Shown: positions 13,483 to 26,607, counted from the stretch's first letter. The stretch: DNA of 64,000 nt from Octopus vulgaris (GCA_951406725.2 OX597819.1:123876001-123940000); one strand, 5' to 3'. A program made the numbers and translations. Notes: a model not told the origin generated them from the letters alone.

Positions 13483-14037
13483 GAGTGAGAGAGCGGTGCA
13501 TGCCATCAAAGTGACACTAAGGTAAAATATACGAAGCCCAGTATACCCATCATGACTACCTGTCTGATAAGGGTGCACTAGGCACATGCATCACAACTAT
13601 TTGTGCGCGACATGGTGATCTCATATCAAGATAAACAGCGCATGACCTTGCAGGTGGGGCCCAGTTAGAATGTTCATCTGGTCGAGTAACCCATCCTACT
13701 CAAAAGGTTCCTGAATAAGGGTTCTTTAAGGATGTTGAACGAAACACCCATGTTTCCATAGGTGAATTATCCAAACCTCTAAGAATCCCTCTCAACACAC
13801 GGCTATGATGCTCCCCCACTACATCTGCTCATGATCAGAGATGCACATATCGTCAGCCACTAAGGGATATGGTCAACTGGTTAAGGTCAAACAACTGATA
13901 AGCAAATCTGTGGTATTGAGCAGAATATTTGCTGTAGCCCATCTTTTATACCAAGACAAAACAATGTACATGATGACACTTCCAATCAGTTAAGATCAGA
14001 AGCCGTGAGAGCCACTGTCTGGTACTGCATCAGGGCT
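13483..14037 (-). mobile_element. Unclassified ~550-bp non-coding insertion bounded by (ATT)n tracts
   Basis: Sharp boundaries against (ATT)n on both sides and no ORF; probably a non-autonomous partner of an (AAT)n-targeting LINE (inference). Confidence 0.5.
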
Positions 14038-14052
14038 TATCATTATTATTAT

Positions 14053-14123
<71 letters not shown>

Positions 14124-14239
14124 TCATCATCATCCTTATTATTATTATTATTTTATTTTTATTAGTATTAGTATTATTGACATTATTATTCATATACACT
14201 CAACAGATTAGACTTTTGGAAAAGAAAAGAATCCTAAAA

Positions 14240-14850
14240 TCGGACTACATTGATTATCCTTTGATGCCAAGAATCTTCCTATTGGGTTACAGCAAGTAAC
14301 CTTAGATGCCAAGAACCCTCCTAAGTATCCTAGCTGTTCCTAATAATACTGTTTTCTGCAGCTGTACTAAACCGGGTTTCAATGTCCGTTTCCTCTATCC
14401 ACCTTATTAGAGTTTTAGGGATAGTTACGCATGCACCTAAAACTAATGGGATATATTTTACCCACAATTTCCAAAGTCTCTGTAATTCAATAGCAAGGTC
14501 CTGGTACTTTGCTTTTTTTCTATAATTCTAATATTAATTTTTTCATCATTTGGGACTGTAAAGTCAATTATATGGCACTTTCTATTCTTTATATTTACTA
14601 CTACCAAAAACGAGCCTTCTAGCTTCTACTACTCTGTCAGTCTGAATGCTAAAGTCCCACCACATCTTGTATTTCTTTACTTTCTTGTACTTTATTAAGT
14701 TCATGTTCATACAATTTATCAGTATTTTCAAGAACTAGCTTTCTACATACCTCTCAGTGGATTACTCTCTCTAGATTGCCATGTCTTTTCTTGTATTCCG
14801 TATTTTTTGTATTCTGTGCCAACATGTTACATTCACTTACTATATGTGTA
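14240..14850 (-). mobile_element. Decayed REL endonuclease end of an R4-like LINE
   Basis: Minus-strand fragments resembling HIVSEC..LAQ, RHGNL, CHIIDFTVPND, YQDLAIELQRLW, IPLVLGA, LQKTVLLGTARILR. Confidence 0.75.
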
Positions 14851-14867
14851 ACGCTTAGCGGTATTAA

Positions 14868-15265
14868 GGCGGCGAGATGGCAGAATCGTTAGCACGCCGG
14901 GCGAAATGCTTTGCGGTATTTCGTCTGTCGTTACGTTGTGAGTTCAAATTCTGCCGAGGTCGACTTTGCCTTTCATCCTTTCGGGGTCGATAAATTAAGT
15001 ACCAGTTACGCACCGGGGTCGATGTAATCGACTTAATACCTATGTCTGTCCTTGTTTGTCCTCTCTATGTTTAGCCCCTTGTGGGTAATAAAGAAATAGG
15101 TATTTCGTCTGCCACTACGTTCTGAGTTCGAACTGCGCTGAGGTCGATTTTGCCTTTCATTCCCTCGGGTTAGATAAATTAAATACCAGTGAAACACTGC
15201 GATCGATGTAATCGACTAGTCCCTTTCCCCTAAAATTTCAGACCTTGTGACAATAGCAGAAATTA
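14868..15265 (+). mobile_element. tRNA-derived SINE family A, partial dimer
   Basis: GGCGGCGAG head, GAGTTCAAATT B box, CCTTTCATCCTTTCGGGGTCGATAAATTAAGTACCAG central block resembling the Nin/Deu domain. Confidence 0.9.
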
Positions 15266-15614
15266 TTATTATTGCTTTTTTGTTTTTTATTGTCAGCAAA
15301 CCAACCTCTACCAAAATCTGAATATCGGTGTTTTTTGTACTTTATGCGATATACCAGTTCGTGCCAAAACCTTTTTGGCTTGTCTAAATCACGCCTTTGG
15401 GTAGGAGAAGCATTTAGAGAGAAAGTATCAGTTCATCAAATTTGTTTAATGAAAACAGGAGTGGGAGAAAACATATATGATCCGACTGAATTTCATATAT
15501 GAATTAGAAGGAAGCAAAAAAGTTGGATATTATCGGAACCATCTTTATCTTCTAGTGTTTATAATAAAACTACCTGACGAAATATCCACAATACAGCGTA
15601 GTAGATATATAGAG

Positions 15615-16148
15615 AATATCAAACGAGTTCCCTATGGATACCGTATTTATTACAACGAGTGGCTTGTAAACGTATCTAACGAGCGAAAGCGAGTTAGATA
15701 CGTTTACAAGCCACGAGTTGTAATAAATACGGTATCCATAGGGAATGAGTTTGGTATTTTATTTATTACACACAAATAAACGACCATATTTTATTAACCC
15801 AATAACTAAATTCTTCATGTTTAGTTGTAACTTATGAATGACAAAAGTAGTGCCGTCACCGTGACCTCAGATCATCACCATGGATTGACCAATCAGAAGC
15901 AGCGCTGTCACCGTGACCTCGGGTCATCACCATGGATTGACCAATCAGAAGCAGCGCTCGCAGTATCTGACATATGTTAGATACCAAAAATATCTCCCTG
16001 GACCTCAAGTGGCCTGAACTCTTTACATGAACACCACCCTGTACTTAACTCCATGTCCCCCTACATGGCCTTGCTATTTGCTTTTGAGCCAAATTAACTA
16101 ACTAACTAACTATCTCAAAGTGTTCTCACTCACATGTGTGTAATAAAT
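15615..16148. mobile_element. Hairpin-bearing non-autonomous DNA element (possibly Crypton-like)
   Basis: 144-nt palindrome at 15615-15758, 14-bp inverted repeat ATTTATTACACACA (15761) / TGTGTGTAATAAAT (16135), duplicated ~51-bp CCAAT-containing unit; family assignment is inference. Confidence 0.55.
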
Positions 16149-16173
16149 TTTTAATCTATGTATTTTTATTCAG

Positions 16174-16311
16174 ATTGTAAAGGATGTTTCTTTGAAGACA
16201 AATGCCGCAAATATGAAGAAGAATGGCTTGAAAAGCTGGAAATTATGTGTGCCACCAGAACATGCCATCGTATGAGCGACGTTGAATGGAAAGTATATGC
16301 AAAATCTGTGT
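16174..16311 (+). CDS. Coding exon 2: DCKGCFFEDKCRKYEEEWLEKLEIMCATRTCHRMSDVEWKVYAKSV
   Basis: Acceptor tatttttattcag|, donor |gtaagt, 138 nt, phase 1-1, open frame, 5 Cys. Confidence 0.88.
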
Positions 16312-16329
16312 GTAAGTTGACAAAGAAAA

Positions 16330-16733
16330 TTTTCCTTTCCTCTCTTCGCTGCGCAATGGCCCAGTGGTTAGGGCAGTGGACTCGCGGTCATAGGATCGCG
16401 GTTTCGATTCCCAGACCGGGCGTTGTGAGTGTTTATTGAGCGAAAACACCTAAAAGCTCCACGAGGCTCCGGCAGGGGATAGTGGTGATCCCTGCTGTAC
16501 TCTTTCACCACAACTTTCTCTCACTTTTACTTCCTGTTTCTGTTGTACCTGTATTTCAAGGGGCCGGCCTTGTCTCTCTCTCTGTGTCACGCTGAATATC
16601 CCCGAGAACTACGTTAAGGGTGCACGTGTCTGTGGAGTGCTCAGCCACTTACACGTTAATTTCACGAGCAGGCTGTTCCGTTGATTCGGATCAACCGGAA
16701 CCCTCATCGTCGTAACCGACGGAGTGCTTCCAC
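16330..16733 (+). mobile_element. tRNA-derived SINE family C
   Basis: TGGCCCAGTGGTTAG A box, GGTTTCGATTCC B box, tail ending CGTAACCGACGGAGTGCTTCC; further copies at 19178-19559(-), 50464-50827(-), 60359-60673(+), 61098-61341(+). Confidence 0.9.
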
Positions 16734-17390
16734 ATGTTTTGAAATATCAAAACCCCAACGACGGGTTATAGTTGCATTCAGTTGAATGAAATAAACCTTG
16801 TTTGGTAACTCTTAATTACTGACAATCTACCAGCCTTAACTGTGAGATTGGTGTACGCCAACTCCCAAACAGTCATATCAAACCCAGTAAATGGCGAATC
16901 CTTAGTTTAGTGAGCTTAAGTGACGAAATGTAATGTCCAACACAGTAGTGTTTGATCTCAGCGCATAACAAAATGTATCTAAGCAACGCAAAAAATTTTT
17001 GCAGGCGCACTAATTATGGTGGCTGGTAGAATCGTTGGCGCGTCGAACAAAATGCTTAGCCACATTTCTTCCGGTCCTTTACGTTCTGAACTTATATCCT
17101 GCCAAGTTTAACTTTACCTTTCACCCCCATACAGGTCGAAAATTAAGGTACCAGTTAAATACCGGAGTCGCTGATATTAACTGGTTGTCTATCCTCGAAA
17201 ATTGCTGGCATTAAAGCCTGTAACTAATAGACCTCCTGCGCATGGGGATCTTGGTCGCTTAAACGTCATGGAAGCTGGATAATTGGTCTTAGGAATCCTA
17301 GGGCTAAAGACAAATAAAATAACCGATTCTTATATTTCAATATTTAGCTTGAATTATACGTTACCTGACCTGGTATATTTCAAAGAATAA

Positions 17391-18309
17391 GGCGGCGAGC
17401 TGGCAGAATCGTTAGCACGCTGGACGAATTCTAAGCGGTATTTCGTCTGCCGTTACGTACTGAATTCGAATAAGTACCAGTTACGCACTGGGGTCGATGT
17501 AATCGACTTAATCCGTTTGTCTGTCCTTGTTTGTCCTCTTTGTGTTTAGCCCCTTGTGGGTAGTAAAGAAATAAGTATTTCGTCTGTCTTTATGTTCTGA
17601 GTTCAAATTCCGCCGAGGTCGACTTTGCCTTTCATCTTTTCGGGATCGATTAAATAAGTACCAGTTACGCACTGGGGTCGGTGTAATCGACTTAATCCGT
17701 TTGTCTGTCCTTGTTTGTCCTCTCTGTGTTTAGCCCCTTGTGGGTAGTAAAGAAATAGGTATTTCGTCTGTCTTTATGTTCTGAGTTCAAATTCCGCCGA
17801 GGTCGACTTTGCCTTTCATCCTTTCGGGATCGATTAAATAAGTACCAGTTACGCACTGGGGTCGGTGTAATCGACTTAATCCGTTTGTCTGTCCTTGTTT
17901 GTCCCCTCTGTGTTTAGCCCCTTGTGGGTAGTAAAGAAATAAGTATTTCGTCTGTCTTTATGTTCTGAGTTCAAATTCCGCCGAGGTCGACTTTGCCTTT
18001 CATCCTTTCGAGATCGATTAAATAAGTACCAGTTACGCACTGGGGTCGGTGTAATCGACTTAATCCGTTTGTCTGTCCTTGTTTGTCCCCTCTGTGTTTA
18101 GCCCTTGTGGGTAGTAAAGAAATAAGTATTTCGTCTGTCTTTATGTTCTGAGTTCAAATTCCGCCGAGGTCGACTTTGCCTTTCATCCTTTCGAGATCGA
18201 TTAAATAAGTACCAGTTACGCACTGGGGTCGGTGTAATCGACTTAATCCGTTTGTCTGTCCTTGTTTGTCCCCTCTGTGTTTAGCCCCTTGTGGGCAGTA
18301 AAGAAATAG
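17391..18309 (+). repeat. SINE A head followed by ~5 tandem ~180-bp body units
   Basis: Repeated GTATTTCGTCTG...GTAAAGAAATA(A/G) units; TSD-like atatttcaaagaat on both sides. Confidence 0.92.
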
Positions 18310-18363
18310 GCATATTTCAAAGAATGTGCTTTATGTCTGTATGCATTATCAACTGGTATCAAT

Positions 18364-19160
18364 ACGAGGTCCGGCTGTGAAGTTCATAGGCTTACCAAGA
18401 CAATCTGATGGAATGCCACCTAATGAAGTTTATTTCTCAGTATAGTACCCGCTGCGGTCGACACATTTATCAGTTTCGAAGTTCTTGAAGCTCATTGGTG
18501 AAGAAACTTTGATTCTCTCTGTGAAAAATGTCAACAACAATAGACATGACGTCATCGCTGAGATATTGCTTCCCAGCCAAGTTTATTTTTTCTTTCATGT
18601 TAGAGAAGAGGTGATATACATATTGTAGACAGATGGGGCAAAATCGGGAGAATAAGGAGGGTGACCAACCAGTTCAAAGCCACATTCATACCCAGCGTTT
18701 CTTCTTGATGGCCTTTTGAAACTCCCTCAGCGAGATGCCCGAGGTACTCTGTATTAATGGTATGGCTCTTTTGAAGATATTCATTAAAATAATTGGTTTC
18801 TGGTTCCAAGTTATTAAGCTAATACTGCTCTTGGATTAGGAAACGTTGAACTAAACAGGACATGCCTCAAACAATGTCAGATTTCCCGTGATAGGATGAG
18901 CCTAGTATGCCTTTCATAAGGTGTCAAAATACGTGGAAGTCACCGAGGAGAAACCTTCGTCACACCGTGTTCAAAGAGCAGGATATGCTATTAGCATTGA
19001 CTATTCGATTTATAGTCAATCGCCTGTTATGTGATAAACGTGATTGATATTTTCGTCGGTGGTGGTATTTGCAGGACCTCCAGACTTAGCCTTTCCTTCG
19101 CAAATGCAATTGCTGACTTGTGTGCAGTCGAGTAATAAAGCTGGAGTGTCATTCTCTAAT
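18364..19160 (-). mobile_element. Decayed mariner-like transposon
   Basis: TA followed by CGAGGTCCGGCTGTGAAGTTC terminal sequence; degenerate C-terminal mariner remnants on the minus strand. Confidence 0.5.
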
Positions 19161-19177
19161 ATAGCGGGGAGGGAAGT

Positions 19178-19559
19178 GAAGCACTCCGTCGGTTACGACG
19201 ATGAGGGTTCCGGTTGATCCGAATCAACGGAACAGCCTGCTCGTGAAATTAACGTGTAAGTGGCTGAGCACTCCACAGATACGTGCACCCTTAACGTAGT
19301 TCTCGGGAATATTCAGCGTGACACAGAGAGTGACAAGGCCGGCCCTGTGAAATACAGGTACAACAGAAACAGGAAGTAAGAGTGAGAGAAAGTTGTGGTG
19401 AAAGAGTACAGCAGGGATCACCACAATCCCCTGCCGGAGCCTCGTGGAGCTTTAGGTGTTTTCGCTCAATAAACACTCACAACGCCTGGTCTGGGAATCG
19501 AAACCGCGATCCTATGACCGCGAGTCCGCTGCCCTAACCACTGGGCCATTGCGCCTCCA
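19178..19559 (-). mobile_element. SINE family C, full length
   Basis: Reverse complement of 16330-16733. Confidence 0.92.
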
Positions 19560-19733
19560 CCTCTCTAATATAACAATCATGTCAGCATGAATGTCCTGGG
19601 GCAGGGGGACAAATACTTTCCCTGTCAGTAACTGATAACATCACGATGCCAAATGTTGTATATTTTCTAGAGAACTCGCAACTAATTATTTTTGAAGTCT
19701 GCTTTAAACAGTGAGGCTCGTTACCTGAACAAA

Positions 19734-20291
<558 letters not shown>

Positions 20292-20438
20292 CGGTTATTA
20301 ATTTGAAGATCTGAAATCAATGACTATTGCAGTTCTAGCATCACTCTTTCATTTTCAGCCTATGATCTTTTGAATCCATCCTCGTATATGTATAATCACC
20401 AACACTGAACTTTGTTTTTACATACTTGAAGTTTCCTT

Positions 20439-20636
20439 ATTTCTTTATTGCCCACAAGGGGCTAAACATATAGGGGACAGATAAAGGGATTAAGTCAATT
20501 ACATCGACACCAGTGCGTAACTCCGAAAGGACGAAAGGCAAAGTCAATCTCGGCGGAATTTGAACTCAGAATGTAACAGCAGACGAAATACCACTAAGCA
20601 TTTCGCGAGGGCTAACGTTTCTGCCAGTTCACCGCC
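20439..20636 (-). mobile_element. SINE A, single copy with TSD
   Basis: ttacatacttgaagtttcc duplicated on both sides. Confidence 0.88.
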
Positions 20637-21039
20637 TTACATACTTGAAGTTTCCATTAACGATTCCGATTTTAAGAAGAATATGAACTCAATATTAAAA
20701 ATGCCTAATGAATTATCTCTGATAAACATATAGACAAGAAAAACTCTAACAAAAGGAGTGAGCGGGCAAAATAGCACGCCAGGCAAAAGGTCTATCAGTA
20801 TTTCCCATGGACTCCGGATCCGAGTTCAAACTTCATCGAGGTCTAGTTTGCATTTGATCCCTTCGAGGTCGATGAAATAAGTAGCTGTCGTGCTTTAGAG
20901 TCGATGTAATTGATTTACCTGACTCTCTGAAATTGGTGGCCTATTGCCAAACTTATAAAGCATTATAGGCATAATTAAAGGAATGATAATTATTTAATAG
21001 AATAATCTATATATTGTTTGTTTTCTTATCGAAAAACAG

Positions 21040-21187
21040 TTTGTCTGACGGGTGACGGGGAATGTGTTGAGAATGGTACAACGTGGGCAGCCCCAGAAGA
21101 CGATGAATGCTGGACTCACACATGCAAAATTTTAGGAACTAGAAACATTCGAATAGAATCAACATCGGGAGGAGACTGTGCAGACGC
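21040..21187 (+). CDS. Coding exon 3: FCLTGDGECVENGTTWAAPEDDECWTHTCKILGTRNIRIESTSGGDCADA
   Basis: Acceptor ttgtttgttttcttatcgaaaaacag|, donor |gtgagt, 148 nt, phase 1-2; repeats the Cys/Trp spacing of exon 2. Confidence 0.88.
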
Positions 21188-22199
21188 GTGAGTATATAAT
21201 TTGAGGTATTCATTTCGCTTATACATTTCCTCCATATCACTGCTGTATTGTCCTTGTAACACACGACCTCTTCGGTCCGACGTCTAACTTCACTTCGCTC
21301 TCATGAAGATGTAAAAATATCAACGTAAACATTTCCAGTCAAACGTTTGAACTGACAAACCGTTAGAATCCCGCTTCTTCTTATTATTATTATTATTATT
21401 ATTTAAAACGTGTCTGTTTCTTTTCCAAGGAAGACTCTGACAAACTACGTTTTAATTCCTAAGTAGAGCAAAATTAAAATTGGAATTCTTTTAACGTTTA
21501 CTTGTTTAGTATTTTATATGACCGCGGCCAACTTGAGTAATTTAAATGAACAAATCAACGCCAGTGCTGTACTTGCTTATTTCTAGATGCTTCTCTTATT
21601 CTATCAGTTTCTTGGACCGCTAAGTCTTAAATAAATTGTCATGGATTGACAAGTGTTGGGAGAGAGAGGCACAAAAATGCAGAAAGCCATACAATATACA
21701 AGAACACAGACATACGCACACACACACGCACGCACAGACTCACACACACACAGCGTCATAACACAGAACATGACGCCAGTCCTGCTTCTCTTCAGTTTAA
21801 AGATTTGAGCAAAGTCGACTCCAGCATCGGGACCAACTTTGTGCAAGTATGAAGGCATGCTCACATAACGCTGTTCCTCTAAATGGAAAACTTACCTGTC
21901 ATTGTGGTTTTGTGACACGGAGAAAAGCAGGCCTTGACATCCCTTAATAAGACGCTTAGTAAATGATCCACAACCACTGAAGCAAACTGAGTCTTCGTCT
22001 TCTTCTATTTCTCAAACAGTTTGCAAGGCGCAAGCAGGCCCCAAGAGACACATTTCGTGTTCATAGAACATGATTACCGCTTTATTTTACTGAACCCTCA
22101 TTTGTCTTCAGGACGAGGGAAAAGAACTGACACAAGGTGACACCCAGTAGGACTGAAACTGAACGAACGTGGTTTCAAAGCGAGCTACGCCGACTCAGA

Positions 22200-22800
22200 T
22201 TATAAACCACATAAACTACAGTGTTGATAAGAAGGGAATAACACGCCCAGGCAGGACCCCTTCATCCATCTGCGACACCTCCGTACTCGCTTCAGACCGA
22301 TCAGCGTGACAGCTCGCGAGACCATTGGAACTGGACAGCGACCCAACAGCGGGACTCGGTACCACGTCGACTGGCCGCCAACAATCTGCATTGACGTCGT
22401 CCTGCTCGAGAGCCTGTCCTCACCGCCCGCCACCGTCAGGCATGACTACAGTGAGCTACACAGCACCGATATTGGTGGCATTAGCAATGGAAGTCGATAG
22501 TCTTCTCTGACGAGAGCCGGTACTTTGTTTCCACATCGGATGGTAGAGTGAGGGTATGGCGTAGGGAGGGATGAACTCTACAGAGATGCATGTGTAATGG
22601 AGAGAGACACGTGGGGTAGCCAAAGCATCATGGTTTTGGGAGCTGTAGGCCTGAATCAGAGAACTGGGCCCCATGTGTTCCAAAACGTTGGTGCAGTCAG
22701 AGGGAATGGCATCACAGCGCTGCGCTACGTTGACCAGATCCAAAGACGTCCATACCGTGCGCTTCTTCGCGATGAATGTCAGTCTCTTGAAAATCGGGTC
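22200..22800 (+). mobile_element. Decayed Tc1-like transposase fragment
   Basis: Frameshifted W..VFSDES, SDGRVRVWR and ERDTWGSQSIMVLGAVG motifs. Confidence 0.75.
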
Positions 22801-22958
22801 ATAATCCCGAAATATTGAATGGAAGGTAAGTCTACATTAATTCTTATATTTGTTTTCTTGGGATTTGCCTTGCATTTACTTCGCATTGCTCTGGTCTTAC
22901 CCACGATCCCTTATACAGTATGTTCTACACAATCCTTCATAGTAATTATTCCATTATA

Positions 22959-23007
<49 letters not shown>

Positions 23008-23009
<2 letters not shown>

Positions 23010-23460
23010 TGGTCTGATCAATAAGTATCAAGACTGTTGCCATAGTAAGGAAGCTAAAGTACGCAGAGTAAAGCCGCTTGGCACAGATTGATCTTGAACT
23101 CTATTGCGCATGTGCTTGAATTTAGAATTTTTATCGCTCTAGCTCACTTCCGCTATTTACAGCAGTGCTTAGAATGAAAGTGTGTAGTGTTTGATCGTCG
23201 CATAGACCATGACAGAGAAAGCTGAGCATAGAATCTGCATCAAACTTTGGCAAAAGTTTGGTGATACCTGCTCAGAGGCCTACGCAAAGTTTTCACAAAG
23301 TTTCCAGCATTCTCGACAGAATCAAGGAGATCTTGTGCAACTGGAAACCGAGTTTCGTTTTGGTCAGCTGGAAGCAGTTTTGACACACACTTGGCAGACA
23401 CGCGTCTCATACCCAAATCTTCAATGATGATGACTGAATTGAACCGTAATTAATCTGCAA
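23008..23460 (+). mobile_element. Mariner 5' fragment with rearranged interior
   Basis: TA plus CGTGGTCTGATCAATAAGT terminus; MTEKAEHRICIKLWQKFGDTCSEAY resembles the mariner N-terminal HTH. Confidence 0.7.
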
Positions 23461-23483
23461 ATATATATATATATATATATATA

Positions 23484-24230
23484 CAGGAGTTGGACAAAAT
23501 AATGGAAACACCTTAAATTTTCGAACAAATATATTTTGATATGAAGTAGGATCGCCTTTGGCAGTATTTACAGCTTGAATTCTACGAGGTATGGAGTCGT
23601 ACAAAGTTTGAATTGTTTCCAAAGGAATTTTTGTCCATTCTTCAGCTAAAACAGTCTCTAGTTCTTGTAGCGATGATGGTGGAGGATATCGACTCTTTAC
23701 TTGTTTTTCTAAAATGCACCATAAATGTTCAATAATATTGAGATCTGGGGACTGTGTTGGCCAGATAAGTTGCTCAACTTCGCTAGAATAGTCCTCGTAC
23801 CATTCAGTAACAAATTTAACTGTGTGAATTGGTGAGTTATCATCCTGCAAGATTGCGTTTCCTTCTGGAAACAGTTCTGCAACTGTAGAATGAATTTGAT
23901 CAGATAAAATGCTTAAATATTCTTTACTATTAATTCTGCCATGAAGGGAAACCACTGGGCCAGCAGATTTCCAAGATATAGTCCCCCCACCCCAGATCAT
24001 CACAGATCCTCCTCCATGTTTAACAGTTGGAAGAAGGTGGTCTGGGTCAAATGCTTCTTTTGGCTGTCTCCGCACATATACTCGGTCGATGGTCGGAAAT
24101 AAAGTATAGGGTGACTCCTCCGAGAAAATAACATACTTCCACTGCTCTAGAAACCAACTCTGTAGGTTTTTACTCTACTCTAAACGCTTTGCAACGCTTG
24201 TTTTCAGAGTAGTGGTTTTCTGATTGAAGA
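23484..24230 (-). mobile_element. Tc1 (DD34E) transposon, 3' half with terminal repeat
   Basis: PTVKHGGGSVMIWG, LQDDNSPIH, WPTQSPDLNIIEHLW; terminus TA|CAGGAGTTGGACAAAATAATGGAAAC. Confidence 0.93.
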
Positions 24231-24234
24231 CAAA

Positions 24235-24890
24235 ACCGTATTGCATATTACCAGTCAATGTACGCCACTAGCCCAGAAAGAATATAACAGACCTCATGAC
24301 AATATAGCAAGGATTGTCCATTGGACACTTTGCAACAAGTATGGACTTGACAGAGCAAAAAAGTGACACGAACATTAATCCAAAGGCATCATCGAAAATG
24401 ATAATGCAAAGATCCTGTGTGATTTTATGATTCAGTGCGACCATGAGATAGAGAATAGGAAGCCAGACATAGTTTTAATTAAGAAAGAAAAGAAACGATG
24501 CTGGATCATAGATATAGCATGCCCAGCTGACAACAAGGTATGCGATAAGGAAGAAAGAAAAGTTGATAGATATGATAGGCTAGCTTGGAAGTTTGAGCAG
24601 TTGCGATTGAGGAAAAAGGTGGTAGTAGTACCTATAATTGTCGGAGTCCTGGAAACAGTGAAGAAAAATCTTGATAAGTACATGGAACAAATAGGGGCTG
24701 CAATGAGGGTAGAGCGCTTGTAGAAAACAGCACTGCTTGGAATCGCTCGAATACTCTGGATGGTGCTCGAAAAATAAGGGGTATTACCTTAGTTCACTGG
24801 TAGTGAATAGCTGGCACCGTAGTACATTTCCAGTGTTTGAGGCTGTGAAAATACAATAAAATAATAATAATAATAATAATAATAATAGCA
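24235..24890 (+). mobile_element. 3' end of an R4/Dong-like LINE (REL endonuclease) with (AAT)n tail
   Basis: HDN, RKPDIVLI, IIDIACP, VVVVPIIVGVL; short 3' UTR followed by (AAT)n. Confidence 0.88.
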
Positions 24891-24945
24891 ACAGCAACAA
24901 CAACAATAATAATAATAGTAATAATAAATACTATAATATAGTTGA

Positions 24946-25339
24946 CTAGCAGTATCGCCCGGCGTTGCTCGGGTTTGTAAGGGAAATAACTTTATAAGCA
25001 TTTTTAGAGATGTAAAGTATAATAGCCATCTCAATATGGCTAACCACAAAGGGGGGTGTTACAGTAGCTTTTTACATTCTGAGATTTAATAATACATTTT
25101 TAGAGAGTTACTTCCCTTATATATGCCAAAAATGCATTAAAAATGGGAAAAATTGATGGTAATTTTTTTTTTAATCGTAGACTCATCGTAGACGCGCGCT
25201 AATACCCAGAAGGGCTCGATATGAATCACGACTATAAGATACCCGGTTTGGGTTAAACTGCACCGCAAAATGTGGGAGTAGTTAGGAATCTAAATCGTTG
25301 GAGACAGACAGCACACAACCTCTCTTTTATATATAAAGA
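24946..25339 (-). mobile_element. Non-autonomous Helitron
   Basis: Minus strand has A|TC 5' end, subterminal CCCGAGCAACGCCGGG hairpin, CTAG|T 3' end, and no TSD. Confidence 0.88.
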
Positions 25340-25710
25340 TTTAGGAGTAACACACACACACACTACTATGCAAAACCCATCCAAAAATATACAGGAATAA
25401 ACTCATACTGTAAATTCCTAACAAACTGAACAAAACCCACAGCATAAAACATAGGAGGCCGATACTCGACAAAAAACACAACCCGCGCTACACGATCAAA
25501 ACAATATAAAAACTAATACAACGAATGACTCAAACAAAACTCCATAACAAAACGTACAGATACAATACAATATCCTCTGTCCCCACTCAAAAAAAGAAAT
25601 GCGAGCGTTTGTGTGCATTCTCGATGTCATCAATAAAACGTTCTCGCTTTCGCTTACAATGTTTGATATTTTGCAAGGCATTTCATATTGTCTTGCAAAC
25701 CATTGTATAC

Positions 25711-26127
25711 AGCGGCGAGCTGGCAGAATCGTTAGCACGCTGGGCGAAATGCTTCGCGGTATTTCGTCTGCCGCTACGTTCTGAGTTCAAATTCCGCCGA
25801 GGTCGACTTTGCCTTTCATCCTTTCGGGGTCGATAAATTAAGTACCAGTTATGCACTGGGGTCGATATAAGCGACTTAATCCCTTTGTCTGTCCTTGTTT
25901 GTCCTCTCTGTGTTCAGCCCCTTGTGGGTAGTAAAGAAATAGGTATTTCGTCTGCCGTTACGTTCTGAGTTCAAATTCCGCCGAGGTCGACTTTGCCTTT
26001 CATCCTTTAGGTGTCGATAAATTAAGTACCAGTTACGCACTGGGGTCGATATAATCGACTTAATCCGTTTGTCTGTCCTTGTTTGTCCTCTCTGTGTTTT
26101 GCCCCCTGTGGGTAGTAAAGAAATAGG
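25711..26127 (+). mobile_element. SINE A dimer
   Basis: One head and two body units; TSD-like gtataca. Confidence 0.9.
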
Positions 26128-26304
26128 TATACAACATGCAGCAAAATCGAGTGCGTTCTCCGATCTGTTTTAGAATAATTCTATCAATGAATATTTCGTT
26201 CTGATTTCTATTTTCTCTATCATTCACCTCGAAGAAAGGCATAAACATATAAACAAGTGTGGGTCGAACAACTAGTAACAAAGGCCAAGTGATATTGTTG
26301 TTTT

Positions 26305-26607
26305 GTTTGTTCCTTCTCGAGCCACGCCTGGCTCATAAGGGCCGGTTTCCCGGTTTCCGTGGCGTACAGGTTCCCCACCTGGACGGGACGCCGGTCTGTC
26401 ACAGGTGAGCTGCAAGATGCAGGAAGAAAGAGTGAGAGAAAGTTGTGGCGAAGGAGTCAGCAGAAGTTTGCCATTATCTTCTGCCGGAGCTGCGTAGGGC
26501 TTAGGTGTTCCGCTCATAAACACACACATCGCCCGGTCAGAGATTCGAAACCGCAATCCTCCGATTGCGAGTCCGCTGCTCTAACCACTAGGCCATGTGC
26601 CTCCACA
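26305..26607 (-). mobile_element. tRNA-derived SINE family D
   Basis: TGGCCTAGTGGTTAG A box and GGTTTCGAATC B box on the minus strand; copies at 39711-40015 and 42064-42360. Confidence 0.88.

Noticed and set aside
15297-15330. Possible extra exon after the acceptor-like ttttttattgtcag (ANQPLPKSEY)
   Set aside because: Only weak donor sites nearby, and exons 6334-6406 and 16174 already join in frame; not excluded without RNA data
16330-16415. tRNA-like sequences at SINE heads throughout the window
   Set aside because: A and B boxes continue into multi-copy SINE bodies; no complete cloverleaf with a terminator
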